Source: Sphaerodactylus townsendi (Eukaryota). Taken from it: DNA of 64,000 nucleotides. The notes under the pieces are model-generated. The model ran no database searches. It had not been told where the DNA came from and saw only the letters and a list, made by a program, of their open reading frames with translations. Each line of letters opens with the position of its first letter. Within the stretch, counting starts at the first letter, position 1. The stretch is from contig NC_059429.1 of NCBI RefSeq assembly GCF_021028975.2, positions 42,098,001 to 42,162,000 of the forward strand. Reading direction: 5' to 3'. Both the position numbers and the translations under genes were made by a program. Positions 24,324 to 36,640 of this stretch are shown here, one piece after another.

Positions 24324-25917
24324 ATTGTGTTGTGTGATTCTGATAGAACAGAAATTTGAACCAGGGCCTCGCTAGTTTAATCTGAAACTAAAGCAATGGT
24401 TTTGCTGGCATCTGACATCTCACTAGACAACTGGACATCACTTCATTTTGGTTCAGATAAGAAAGACTAGGAAGAGAACATCAATGTTGCATTTGTCCAT
24501 TAAAAGTCTTTAAAAAAAATAGGACAGCTTTTATGAAACCAAATCACAAAATAGTCTGGAGATTCATTTGCATTTACTCCCTTGTTTTCACATTTAGGTA
24601 TATAACTCTCTAAATGGTTTTGCTAAAGAATTTCCCCTTAATGCCATTAAAGGTTTCCATTCAATTCAAAAGAATTTTCCCCTTGACTAAGAGGTATTTG
24701 TGCTGGAGATCTCACCCAGACCTCGTCTGCTGCACTTCCCATGTTGCCATAAATTAAATTAAACAAACAACAATTTTTTTGTGCCTGAGATTTGTATTAG
24801 TGCAAGGGGAATATACATTTGAAACTAGAGCCATCACATAAGCTGTATTTGTAACATATACCACGTGAGTGCTCCAAACAGCAAACACTTGGCAACTCAC
24901 GGCTATGTGATGATAAACAAAATTTAGACATAGATTCCCATGCTATGAATCTATGTACTTCCTCGAAGCTAAGTGTTTAATGCTAGGTTAGATCAGGACT
25001 AGCCTGCAGTAGTTGCTTGGTATGAGTCACCTTTGCCTTGTCATCCATTCTGTATCTGGCAAACCTTGTTCTAGGTAGAATGTGGCATGATTGTTATTAC
25101 CATACTATACTCTTTTTCACTGAAAGATTAAAGTAAAGTTCTATATTCATCCACCACATGCTGGACCTTCTGTGCCATAGAATGCTCTGCTTGGGTCCTA
25201 GTGTCTACCTAGTTCTGGGCCACCCTACCTGGTTCTGCTGTGGCATAGGACTGGCTGTGGGTGAATTCGACCATATGCAACAGCCTGTGTGCTCCCTGTC
25301 ATCCTTCTGATCCCCCAGCCAGCCAAACCTCACTGCCACCTCCTCCTCCTTCACCAGCAAGTCGACTTGACAATTCCTCCCCCTGGTGGGTTCCTGCTCC
25401 CCCTGCTCACTGAGCCATGTTAAAATACAGATAGAATAATGGTTTTGACAAAGCCAGTGCTTAAAAATGAATGAGAATTCTCATAGTCATTCAGAACTAT
25501 TTTCTAATAAGGAAGCATAAGATCCCGTCTCTCACTACACAACAACTGACTGCACTTTAATCTTGCAGTGGAAAAGGGTATAATCATTTGCAGAAATGTG
25601 TATAAATAGAAACATTGCATGGAGATAACAGTTACCTATGATTTCTGAAACAAGGTACTTCTTGAGAGGCTCAAGTCCATCACCTCAACTGGTGAATGCA
25701 TACAGTGCATCTGAGAATTCTTCAGAAATTTTTTTTTCTTTACATTTATGAAATCTCCATTAAAAACAAAACAAAAAGGGAGATCTCAGGTTACAAAGAA
25801 TAGTGTCAAAAAGATTTCCTCAAAATGACAGAGTTCCAAACACCAAGTATGTAGGTATGTTTACTGGCTTCAACCCCCCACCCCCCACCCCCATTACATG
25901 TTCGAAGCTTACATATT

Positions 25918-26925
25918 TGAATTTTAAGTGTTTTTTCAATTTTTAGCCTTAAGGGGGCACTGCTTTAGGTTAGCAACACCAAAATTTCAGGAATTTGTTA
26001 GGAGACTCTCCTGCTGACACCACCCAGGTTTGGTGAGGTTTGGTTCAGGAGGTCCAAAGTTATGGACTCCCAAAGGGGGTGCCCCCATCCTCCATTGTTT
26101 CCAATGGGAGCTAACAGGAGATGGGGGCTATACCTTAGTGGGTCCATAACTTTGGACCCCCTGAACCAAACTTCACCAAACCTGGGTGGTATCATCAGGA
26201 GAGTCTCCTAAAGATACCCTGAAAGTGTGGTGCTGCTAGCTTAACAATTGCACCCCTGACAGCAGGCACCCCCCAAATTTCCCCAGATTCTCCTTTTAAA
26301 TCCACCCCTTTCAGCATGGATTTAAAGGGAGAATCTGAGGTCCCCAGTTTAAACATTGAAAGTGATGCTGATTCAGGGTGGGGGATAATCCACCCCAAAA
26401 CAGCATCACTTTCAATGTTGTTTTTAACTGGGGACTCCAGATTCTCCCTTGAAGGTGGATTTAAAAAGAGAATCTGGGCTCCCTAGTTTAAACACCATTG
26501 AAAGTGATACTGCTTGGAGGTGGATTCCAGCATCATAGTGGCTGCCCATGCCCCCCCCCCCGAAAACTCAGATTTTGCACCGGGCTCCATTTTCCCTAGC
26601 TATGCCTCTGCCCGGAGGAGAGGGCAGAAGGGACTGCCGGCTGCCAGCTGGAAGCCCAGCCGGTGGGGGGGGGGGGTTGGCCAGGGGAGTCTGTTGTTCC
26701 TGGCCTTGGACAGCTGCTTTTATAAGCACTGAGGCCCCACCCCCTGAACTCACCCCGTTAAAAATCTATGCCTACATCACTGTGTGGGACCTGCCTGAAA
26801 TGGCCCACCAAAGATTCCCTTTGATTGTTTTTTTTTTTCAAAATCACCACTATCCTATTTGAGTGCTTTACATTTATGTACAATGACTTTAAGCATTCTG
26901 GTTGTTAAGGGTAACATCAGGATTT
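25918..26925 (+). mobile_element. second, end-less copy of the interior of the 20763-22317 element
   Basis: Colinear high identity with ~20868-21895. Confidence 0.9.
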
Positions 26926-27123
26926 TTTTTAAAAAATAACAACACTGTTTATTATAAATAGATAAAACTTCTCAACTCAAAAATAACTGTTCTTTTTCCA
27001 GTGTACACCATTCTGAAAACTAACGAGTTTTTATTTTAGCACAAGCCTTCACTAGAATAAAAATATATGCTTGCTGATTTTTTGCTGCAACAGACGAACA
27101 AGGTTACCCTTCTGGAATCAAAG

Positions 27124-27290
27124 GTGGATTCCACATGGCACAAATGTAATGTCTTCAGGACATTATATATAGTGTTTGGGAGAAGAACTTTGCACAGGTC
27201 CCTTCCCCAAAATGACTCAGGTGAGGACCATCATATTTCTCTCCAGCTGGGTTTTACAAAAATTGTTAAACTACAAAATCCGGGGTTGAA
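27124..27290 (+). mobile_element. terminal fragment of an old DNA transposon (related pieces at ~28925-29085 and ~35948-36095)
   Basis: Shared GATTCC/TGCACA..CCCCAAAATGA..CTGG.TTTT..AAAAT..CTAAACT blocks in three places. Confidence 0.55.
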
Positions 27291-27325
27291 GGCACTCCTG
27301 TGAGAACACAACAGGTGGGAGATGT

Positions 27326-27549
27326 ATTGTCGAAGGCTTTCACAGCTAGATTCAACTGGTTGTGGTGGGTTTTCCGGGCTGTGTGGCCGTGGTCTGGTGG
27401 ATCTTGTTCCTGACGTTTTGCCTGCATCTGTGGCTGTTACACTTCCCTCTGTGATACATCTCTGAAGATGGCAGCCACAGATGCAGGCGAAATGTCAGGA
27501 ACAAGATCCACCAGACCACGGCCACACAGCCTGGAAAACCCACCACAAC
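27326..27549. mobile_element. Penelope-like element terminal fold-back with a hammerhead core
   Basis: Long inverted arms; CTGAAGA...GGCGAAATGTCAGG; flanked by the direct repeat CAGGTGGGAGATGT (27312-27325, 27550-27563). Confidence 0.8.
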
Positions 27550-30500
27550 CAGGTGGGAGATGTTTTATTTTCCTCCCTGCCACCCTTTCAATTCAGCTTC
27601 CATTTCAGGGAGAATTTGCCCACCTGCCAGTTTGTGTAGTTCACCCAGCACATTGTAGGCTGATTCTCTGGGCACCTGCCATTTCACAAGTCCTCCAAGC
27701 ACATTTTCTCCCCGTGGCAGGGAGCATGATCACCATTTCACCCATAGATCTACAGCAACACATTAATTATTGCCTGGCCATTGCAAAAAGGTTCCTTTTC
27801 ATTTTGTTGGACATGAAGCTATGCAGGTGCAACCAATTGGATTTCAGGACAATTGGCATGGCTGCAAGGGTTCATTTCTGTATGCCTTCGCAGTTACATG
27901 TGCTTCCCAACATTATAGGAAGATGCATTTCCACACACCATTGTATACTTTAGGCTGGGTCATGCGATCAAATCCTTCTGTGCACAAGACATCCTGATTT
28001 TTCATGGCAGTAGATTCACGGAGAGTTTGATTCAGTCTATTCACAGGTAGACTGCACAGTTTGATTGTGAAACCTTTGGCAACTGCAGTTGCATCAACAA
28101 CTGGCATGCAGCTGTGTCCATGCACCAGCTGTATCACACAGGCCATCACATGTACAACAGTAAAAATGCATACCAGCAAAGAACAGATGGAGATGCATCA
28201 CACATAGGAGATGCTTGAAGGCACATGTGCCAGACTGAAAGTACATGGAAACTATATAACATGAGGAATGGCTCTTAGCCTTTGAGAAAAAAAACACAAG
28301 TGGCTGTTTGAAAGAGCCAGCCCTCTCCGATTTTTCACACCTCCAGTACAGTGCAAAAACTTGGCAACTGAGCGTGTGGAAATCTGCCACTCAGGCATGC
28401 ACAAACAGAAGAGAAACAGGTTTCAACGAGGACAAGGAATAGAATACAGCAGAACACAAAGTGACGCCTTTAAAAAATTCCTTACTTATAACAACACAAT
28501 TAATTTATTACTTGGCCAGCAAAATGCCCACCATCATGATGGCAGAACAGCCCAAACATTGCAAGGAAGGTCCAGCGTATAAGTGTTTGCTCTACTCAAA
28601 GAGTCACTTTGAGCCTGCATGTAGACACCATTTACTGGGGAACAGGCCACCCTGTGCTGGGATGAAGGATAAGCTTGGTCTTCACCATTACAGGATTCCT
28701 TAGTGGAGCAATCCACTTTTCCTCACAGACGTGAATGGAAGCCATCCAATTTTATGAGGGTGCAGGACTTGCATTTGGAGAGAGTATTGGGGTAGAGCTG
28801 AAGGTAAACACTGTGCATTGGGACCAGCAATCTGTCAGTGGAAGATACTGATGGTTATGGATCTTTCCTGCTTTTCCTTGTTCTCACTGCAGCCCACTGA
28901 CCTGTGTGGCTTTTAATCAAGAGCAGATTCTGCATGGGCAAACAAACGCGGGTGTAGGATGCTATAAAACTTATTGGGGGGGACTTCATACAGGTCCCAC
29001 TCCCAAAATGAGTCTGCCCCGTTCTCTTTCCCCCAACCTGGTTTTTTTGAAAATCACTAAACTCGCTCTTTTAAAAAAAAAATTCTGAGGTTGAGCCATT
29101 CCCAAGCAAACGACCAAGCAGGAGGCACTTTATTTGCCTCCCTTCCACCATATCCGCCACAGTGAGAGAGAAACCACCTGTCATGGCCCAGATTTTCCAG
29201 GGTGACCCCTTGTCCTTTTAAAAAAATTGTGGGTAGACTCTGTGTAGCTACACGGGTGCAGCCAGTCATATTGTGGGACAATCTGCATGGCTGCGGGAGT
29301 TCATCTCAGCATGCCTGCACAGCTATGCATGTGTAGCAGGAAAGTAAAAAAAAAAAAGAAGCATCTCTGTGCGAAGCATGAAAGCAACCTAGATTGTTTA
29401 CATAGGCTCCAACTGCTGCCTGCACGGAATGCATGTGAATGGGCAAACAGGAAAACGGGTTCCTTTATCATGACTGTAACCCATTATACATTTGCTGGTC
29501 AGAATCACAACCCCAGGGTTCAACATTCTTGGACTCAGAAGGCAACACTAAGGGGAAGGGAAATCTGTGGAGATGTTTGATCCTTGCACAAGCAGAGCAC
29601 TGGATCTGACCCAAGGTCTCGAGCAGTTGACTGTTCTAGTACTCTCTCCTTCTAGACTAGTATAGGTCATTACATTTGTCCAACAGAACATCACAGAACA
29701 TGTTAGGGAAATAGGATAAACAGATATTTTCCAAACCAATACTGATGTGAGAGGAAACTGAAATTGTTCACATGTGTAGACACATGCATATGACATTAAA
29801 GAGCAGTGATTCCTTTATTCAAAATCTAATTCAGGTGTGACATTAAACAGCAAAGAGATTCTGGTATCGGGGGAATTTATTTGCATCAGAATTAAAAAGA
29901 TACTTGCAAACTGTGGAAGACTGCATTAACTGGAACCGCAGTTAAGTGGGAGGACTCATGTCGCCATATGGCCTAAATTACTCCAGTGACTTGGCTCCCA
30001 CCCTCATATGCATATATTGAAAGATACAAAGTTTGATTTCTCGCATGTGGTAGCACACACAGTTTTTATTCAGAAGGGATCTGGCCAATTTTCATCAAAT
30101 TTGGAACCTAACAACTCTTCAGACTTACACAGAATGTATTTTAAATGCAACAGAAGGAGACGCTAGGAGGATTTTTGAGCATATGGGAGAAAGTCATGCG
30201 GAATGAACGTGCACCAGTTAAATCCAGGACTGTGTATGCTAACAAAAGTTAAGTTCCTGCATGATCCAAAATCTACATCCTCCTCACCAAAAACATCATC
30301 CTGCAATTCACATAATTTATGAATGATGTGTTCTGGTTTTCTTAATCAAAGAGCTATGCAGTTACACAGAGGCAGAGATTTTCAGTTTGATGAACCATGT
30401 ACCCAAGACTATGTTGTGGAATCCATCTGCACTCTTCTGAAATCATGGCATATATGAAGGCCCAGTTTCACCCAGCCCCTGTTATATGGGCATTCAAAGG

Positions 30501-32229
30501 GACACACCACCAAATTAATACTGGATGGCTGTTGTGCGCCAGTAAGCTTGAAAGTAAACTGCTACCATCACACCAGTGACTGATGGGTTTGCATCAAAAG
30601 GTAAACCAATACATCCAAATTTTTGTGTGTGACAAACACATGATTCGCTATATTCTGTCTTTCTTCAAGCACATAAACATTCTTCCTTCTTGCAGATTTT
30701 CCCTGCTCAGAATAATTTCACTGTTTAAAGTGTTGACTGTTAAAAACAGAAAGATTTTGAATTTAACAGGAAATTTGTTTTTACTACCTGTGATTGCCTT
30801 TTCTGCAGGCAGGGAGATGCTGCAGAATTTTCCTTTCACCTCTTCCTCTCATGCCCTCCCCATTCATTCACCACTTAGTTTGTTTTCCCTGCTAGAGCAG
30901 CAGTATCGCTGCACAACTGGCAATAGGTTATTTAATATTCTTTGCCAGTAGAGATCTCTTTGAGCACTGCAATTGATTTTGCTCTTCTCGATGCATTCAT
31001 GTTAAGGCTGTTCCCCACCCCTCTGTGATCTGCGTTTTCACAGCCAAACAGTAAAAATGTTCACATACCACAGTTTTGCGAGCGCTGAAAACAGCAAATC
31101 AAATTATATTAATTACTGCTTTAAAATTAGAGTCATGTGAAAAGAGAGCTGCATCATAAAATGTAGGAATGGTCTAGACAGGGGAAGGATAACCCGGAAA
31201 ATATCTGGCCATTTCTGTAGACACACAGTTCAAAACATGAATTTGTGAGTGCTGCCTTTATGGAAACTTAACAGATTTGCAAAAGCATTGTCGCGCATTG
31301 TTGAGGTTACGACAGCAATGGCAAAAATCTTCCCATACACATTAACAAAACTGTCATAAAGCAAACCCACTTTGGAAAACTGCTGTAGAGACTGTCACTG
31401 ACTTCAGACTGCCATTCAATGATTTTTCCTGCTCGATAACATTGAAGAGGTGGTAGTTAAGAGAGACACTAAGCTTATATTAAACTCAATTGTATCAACA
31501 AAACATGCCACACCACTACAGCAGAAGTGCAAGATTCAGGTGCAGCAACCCCACACACTCTGTTCCCCATGCTGTCAGGCATAGTCTTAGCCATGGACAA
31601 TTGTCTTGTGCCTCCTGATGGGAAGGACCCCATGCTGGAAGCTCCATCACCCTTCTACCACAGACCCAAAGCCACCACTGCTATGAAGCAGTGAGACTCC
31701 CTGAGACTCCAGTGTGGGGAGACAATGGCCCCCACAGCCACCTGACAACTGCTGCCTGAGTGATTCTGAGACCTATTTCTCAAGGTTTACCCAAAGCCCC
31801 AGAATCACTAACACCACCCCTGCATGCCACTTGCTCTTCTGCTGCCCCCATGCCTGGTCCTTCCTGTTGTTCTGCACATTGTGCAGTAAAACCACTACAA
31901 CCTACAACTTCTTTAAGGCCCTAAGGATTGTTCTAAGCTCTGCCTTCAAAACAGCAGAACATATTCCTCTACTCTTTCACCTTCACGTTTTTTGTCACTA
32001 CAGTTTTCTTGTACTTTCATCACTTTTCCTATACCCCTCTTTTTGCTCCCTCAAGCCTTATTCAATTTTTACAGTGAGACTTATAGGGTAAAAACAGACA
32101 GCTTTTTATTGTGTTGGAATAGTTGATGTCTGCCTTTTGCCATTGGATCAGCTCTAGACAGAAGTCCATGAATAGTGAATACTTTTTAAAGAATGAGTGA
32201 ATTATTATTATCAGTTTTATTGTAAGCTA

Positions 32230-32332
32230 TGATATTTTTGTATGCATTGCTTCAAATGTCTGTAAGCCGTCCTGAGCCTGACTGGTTGGGAATGGGTGGG
32301 GCATAAATGAAATGAAATGAAATGAAATGAAA
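32230..32332 (+). mobile_element. L2-like 3' tail with (TGAAA)n
   Basis: TGTAAGCCGTCCTGAGCC...GGGTGGGGCATAAAT followed by a pentamer repeat. Confidence 0.6.
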
Positions 32333-32733
32333 AGACATGAAAAGGCCACACAATCAGCAAAGTCACATGACTGACCTAGGTTGGACTGTACCACTTGAGG
32401 TGGAAGACTGAACATTCTAATATGGCTTCTGCAGGAAAGTGTCATTCTGTATGAAGTTCTGTCAGAGAAAGGCTCTAGATTAGTGTTTTTATGATGAACC
32501 AACTTTCATACATGGGAGAAGGATTCAAACATTCAATTCTAAATGACCAGTTTGAAATTATGAAATGCTGCATTCAGTTCAGCATGCAAGCCTGCTAGTT
32601 GTCTGCTCCACACTCTAAATGCCAAATGAGATGAGACAGCAACAGATCCACAATTGGATCTCCCACAGTTTTACAAATTCAAAAGAATCTTAGAGAGGGC
32701 AAAATGGATTAGCATGTCCCCGCAAAATATTGA

Positions 32734-32973
32734 GCGTTTCCCCACTTACCATGAGCCCCCTATGCCGCGCGCTACTGTCATTTCTGGTGCACGCCTGGGC
32801 TTCCCCTGTTTTGCGCTGTTTTGAAGAGCGCCAGGAATGACACGCACTGAGGGGGCGTGACAGCGGCAGCGTCGGAGTGGCTGCGTTGTCGCCACCCCTA
32901 TAGTGGGGAGTGCCGGGGGACCCCGTGCTACTTGGCTACAGTAGCACGCAGCAGAAGGTAAGTGGGAAAACAC
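32734..32973. mobile_element. GC-rich MITE (Harbinger-like)
   Basis: TIRs GCGTTTCCCCACTTACC / GGTAAGTGGGAAAACAC with TGA/TAA flanks. CpG-rich, so probably young. Confidence 0.75.
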
Positions 32974-34848
32974 TAATTGTTAAGCCCCCCATCTGATACA
33001 TCCCATGGCAAAACAGGTACCTCTTCCATTCAACTGTGTGAACAAAGCTCCTTTCAGGTTAACACGGAGAGAATTCCTGTCTCTCTCTTTCTCTCCTCCT
33101 AGAAGCACATGTCAAACGATGGGGCAAAGACTTGTTTCTCTGTTTTATTTTTAGGACAGCAAAAAATGATTCTGATGCATTTCCATCAAACCCAATGCTG
33201 CATTACCATTTCCTGCTGTGATCACCTACAGCTTCATTGTCAGATAACAGCAAAAGGAGAAAAGAGTTTGTAAATAATGAAAACAAGTCAGAATAAAGCG
33301 TAACTGATTTGATGGCATGGTTTCTCATGAATGGGTTACAGTGTGATTGCAACAGAACTTACCTTTGCAGGATCCATCACAGCCACAGCCACCTCTTACA
33401 ATAGGTTATCACACCTACCTATGCACAGCAGTGTACCATTATATCCCCAGTCCAGAGTATCTTGTGTACTCATGCAAAATGCAGAGGTTCAGACATGGCA
33501 CAGGCTGCATGGATTCAACAAGGAGAAATGTTGGGTTTTTTAAAAAATGCTCAGCATTACACTGAAGCCAGGCCTCAAATTTTTAGGGGCATAGATGGGC
33601 AAAGGTGCCACTGAATTGTCACTAGAAAGGCAACTGCTAGTATACGTGGGGATTCCCTAATTGCTCAAAATGCTTGCAATTTTTTTTAAAGTGAAAGGAA
33701 CATATAACTTGGTGGGGAGGAAGTTCCTTCTCCTAAAAAATAATGGCACTTTTAACTTGCACATTCTTTTTTTTATAACTGGAACAACCTGTTTGTTTGG
33801 TAGGTACACAAAAGACGGCCTTTTCCATAGCTGTTCTACAAATAAAAAAGAACCTCTCCATGGAGGTGCACCTGGGTCCCTTACTGTTAGTCTTCAGGAG
33901 GCAGCTGAAGACAATTTTATGTAGAATTGCATTTGACTGATTTGGTTTTTATTTATTGGCAGTCCTAATTGAGATTTTAAATTGTCATCACATCATCACA
34001 TAGATATACACACGGACATACGCACACACACACAAATATATAATCGTACATACACAAGGAAGCTCTTGTGGATATTCAGGGTCACAAGCATCCACATCAC
34101 ACTTTATGCAGCCAGTGGTGCCTGCTACATTTACAACAGGGTTTACTCCAATAACACGGATTACAATTGCAAAAGCATAAAACATGTACCAGGGAGCCAC
34201 AGTTATTTTTTTCCCCTGATATACACCCCATATATATATTTGGGCAGGTGACTCTCCCTTTCTCATATTTACTACAACAAATATTGTGTAGGTGGCCATA
34301 AAATGAGGAAAATTATTTCAGAATCTGTTGCAATTTGAGAAAATTATGTATGTGGACAGGAGGTAAATTTTGAATGATTGCCTCATTTGTATCGGAACCA
34401 CTGAGGCTGGCCATAACTGCTTGTCATATTGGTGTAGTAGTTGTCCTATCATGTTTGCCATCTGAAGACTGCAGTATATCAAGTGATAATTTGCATGTTT
34501 GTTGACTGTAAAATGAAGAATTGGCATCCTGTCTTCAGCATCTTGCTTTTCATGGGCCAGGTACATGCTATATTCAAACTTTTAAAAACTCATCAGGTAT
34601 GCAGGGGGCTGGTTGGGATTGGGACTCTGGCACTAAGCTTTTAGATTCCTCTCATCGTGCTATTTTCCTGATCCAAAATGGCCTCTTCGGCTCTGTTGTG
34701 AAAATGCATGCTTTTACAGCAGGGCAAATAGCACTTCCCTGGATCAGTTTTTATCATGACAATAGCACATAGGAGAAGCCTGCAGCATGTTTTAGTCCAA
34801 ACTACTCCTTCCATGTACATGGAGGAAGCCTGCAACATGGTTTCAGTC

Positions 34849-35334
34849 TGAAGGGAAACATGAGATCATGAGCTCTGACTCTGGCGAATGTTTGATTCCA
34901 ATCTCCAAATCAAATGGACACGGCTACAGTTGCAGGCAACAGTCTCCTGGCCAAATGACTCTTTGCTTGAGAGCTTGGCAAGCCAGAACGGAAAGAGGAT
35001 CTTATCAAAACCTGAAAGCATCCTCCAGACAGGAATAGTGATTATACTCAAAACTTTGTAACACTAATTATACACAAATTTTGTACTACTAAGTCACTAA
35101 TATGTAAGAATCACTCGATCAGTCTCTAGCTATATACTTTACTAATGAGTGAGAACAGCCTCTGACTACGATGGACTCTGTACTTTGTTAATTCTGTTAA
35201 TAATCTTGCAAGGTGATGTAATGTGAAAACTGCTTAATAAAAGGAGCCCGGTTCACAAAAGAGATGGCTGGAAAAGCTCCAACACAACTGCATGTGTGTT
35301 GCCTGTTATTGCTTCGCCTTCGCCCTCTATATCA
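34849..35334 (+). mobile_element. candidate solo LTR
   Basis: A TGAAGGG...ATCA insertion splits the second unit of a ~50-bp tandem duplication. AATAAA at 35236. Confidence 0.4.
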
Positions 35335-36185
35335 GTCCAAACTGCTCCTTCCATGTACATGAGTTTTAAAAATCTGAGGAGATATGTACACAGAATACCT
35401 AATGTATTGTATAGGTGGGCTTTTCATGCTGTCAGATCACACATTTACCTTCAATTTTCAAGTATTAAACAATCAACTGATAAGAAATAAAGGATGTGTG
35501 TGCCTATGTAAACCAGCCCCAAATATTGGCCTTTTCCACATGCACAGCTTACCACAGATTTTCCCAATGGCCAAACCTTGTTCTTTGGAAACATTTTTTG
35601 TGTGAAATCATTCCACATATCTCCATTCCCCTCACTGTTTCCCCCTTGTTGCTTCAGTTGCATTTATTCCACACACTATTGCTGAAAATGTATTATTCCT
35701 AATGGTGGTGGGATGTCATCTGTGATGCAGAAGAACAACCCATCTTTTCAGCCATTTTCTTATCCCTCTCATTCTGCATTTTCAAAAGGATTTTTTTTAA
35801 AAAAATCTGTCACATTAGGACGTCACATAACAGCACAGACATTAGTCAACTGTATCAGGTTGATGGAGCTTACTGAAGCAGTCTCTTGTCAATTTCCTCC
35901 TGAAAAAAAAACAACTTCCATTGTCAATTCCACATGTGGACACATTGGTGAATTCTGCACGGCATAAGTATAATGTATTGAGGGCGTTATAAAAAGCATT
36001 TTAGGGAAGAAGTTCGCACAACTCTCTTCCCCAAAATGACTTCAGCCTGTTTTATTCCTCTCAACCTGGTTTTTTTCAAAAATCGCTAAACTAATGATCT
36101 TTACCTCCAATCTGGGTTCAAGATGTTTCCTGCTGGGTGAGCAAACATAAGCAGGCAGGAAACACTTTATACTTCTTACTTTTGT

Positions 36186-36640
36186 TTTCACTGCTTGCGC
36201 CTGCCATTTTACGTGCTGCAGCAGATTCTCCATGAAGATTTCCCATGGAGGTTTCCTCTGCCTGCAGCTCATCCATGCACGCTTTCACTGTAAAAAGTAG
36301 GTGAATAAAGTTTGTTTTGCCTAGCAATCCCGTGCACGTGTCATTTTTCTTTTCTTTTTTTTGTTTACTTGCGGGGGATGTCATGAAGCTACAGTGACAC
36401 AAATATCCGCATATTGCAGCTTCTGTAACCGTGTCGCCATAGCTTCGCAGGCATCCCACTCAAAACAAAACGAAAAGGAAAAATGACACGTGCACAGGAT
36501 CGCTAGGCAAAACAAACTTTATTCACCTACTCTTTACAGCAAAATCACATGCAGATGAGCTGCAAGCAGAGGAAACCTTTGTGGAGAATTTTCACGGAGA
36601 ATCTTCTGCAGCACACAAAATGGTGGGCACAACTGTGAAA
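36186..36640. repeat. long imperfect inverted repeat (~165-bp arms), probably the interior of a DNA transposon
   Basis: AGTAGGTGAATAAAGTTTGTTTTGCCTAGC..GTGCACGTGTCATTTTT mirrored by AAAAATGACACGTGCAC..GCTAGGCAAAACAAACTTTATTCACCTACT. Confidence 0.85.

Noticed and set aside
25377-25389. CTCF-like motifs (CCACCAGGGGGAG here; CCTGCAGAGGGCA near 59550)
   Set aside because: Short matches expected by chance in 64 kb; unsupported without ChIP or conservation.
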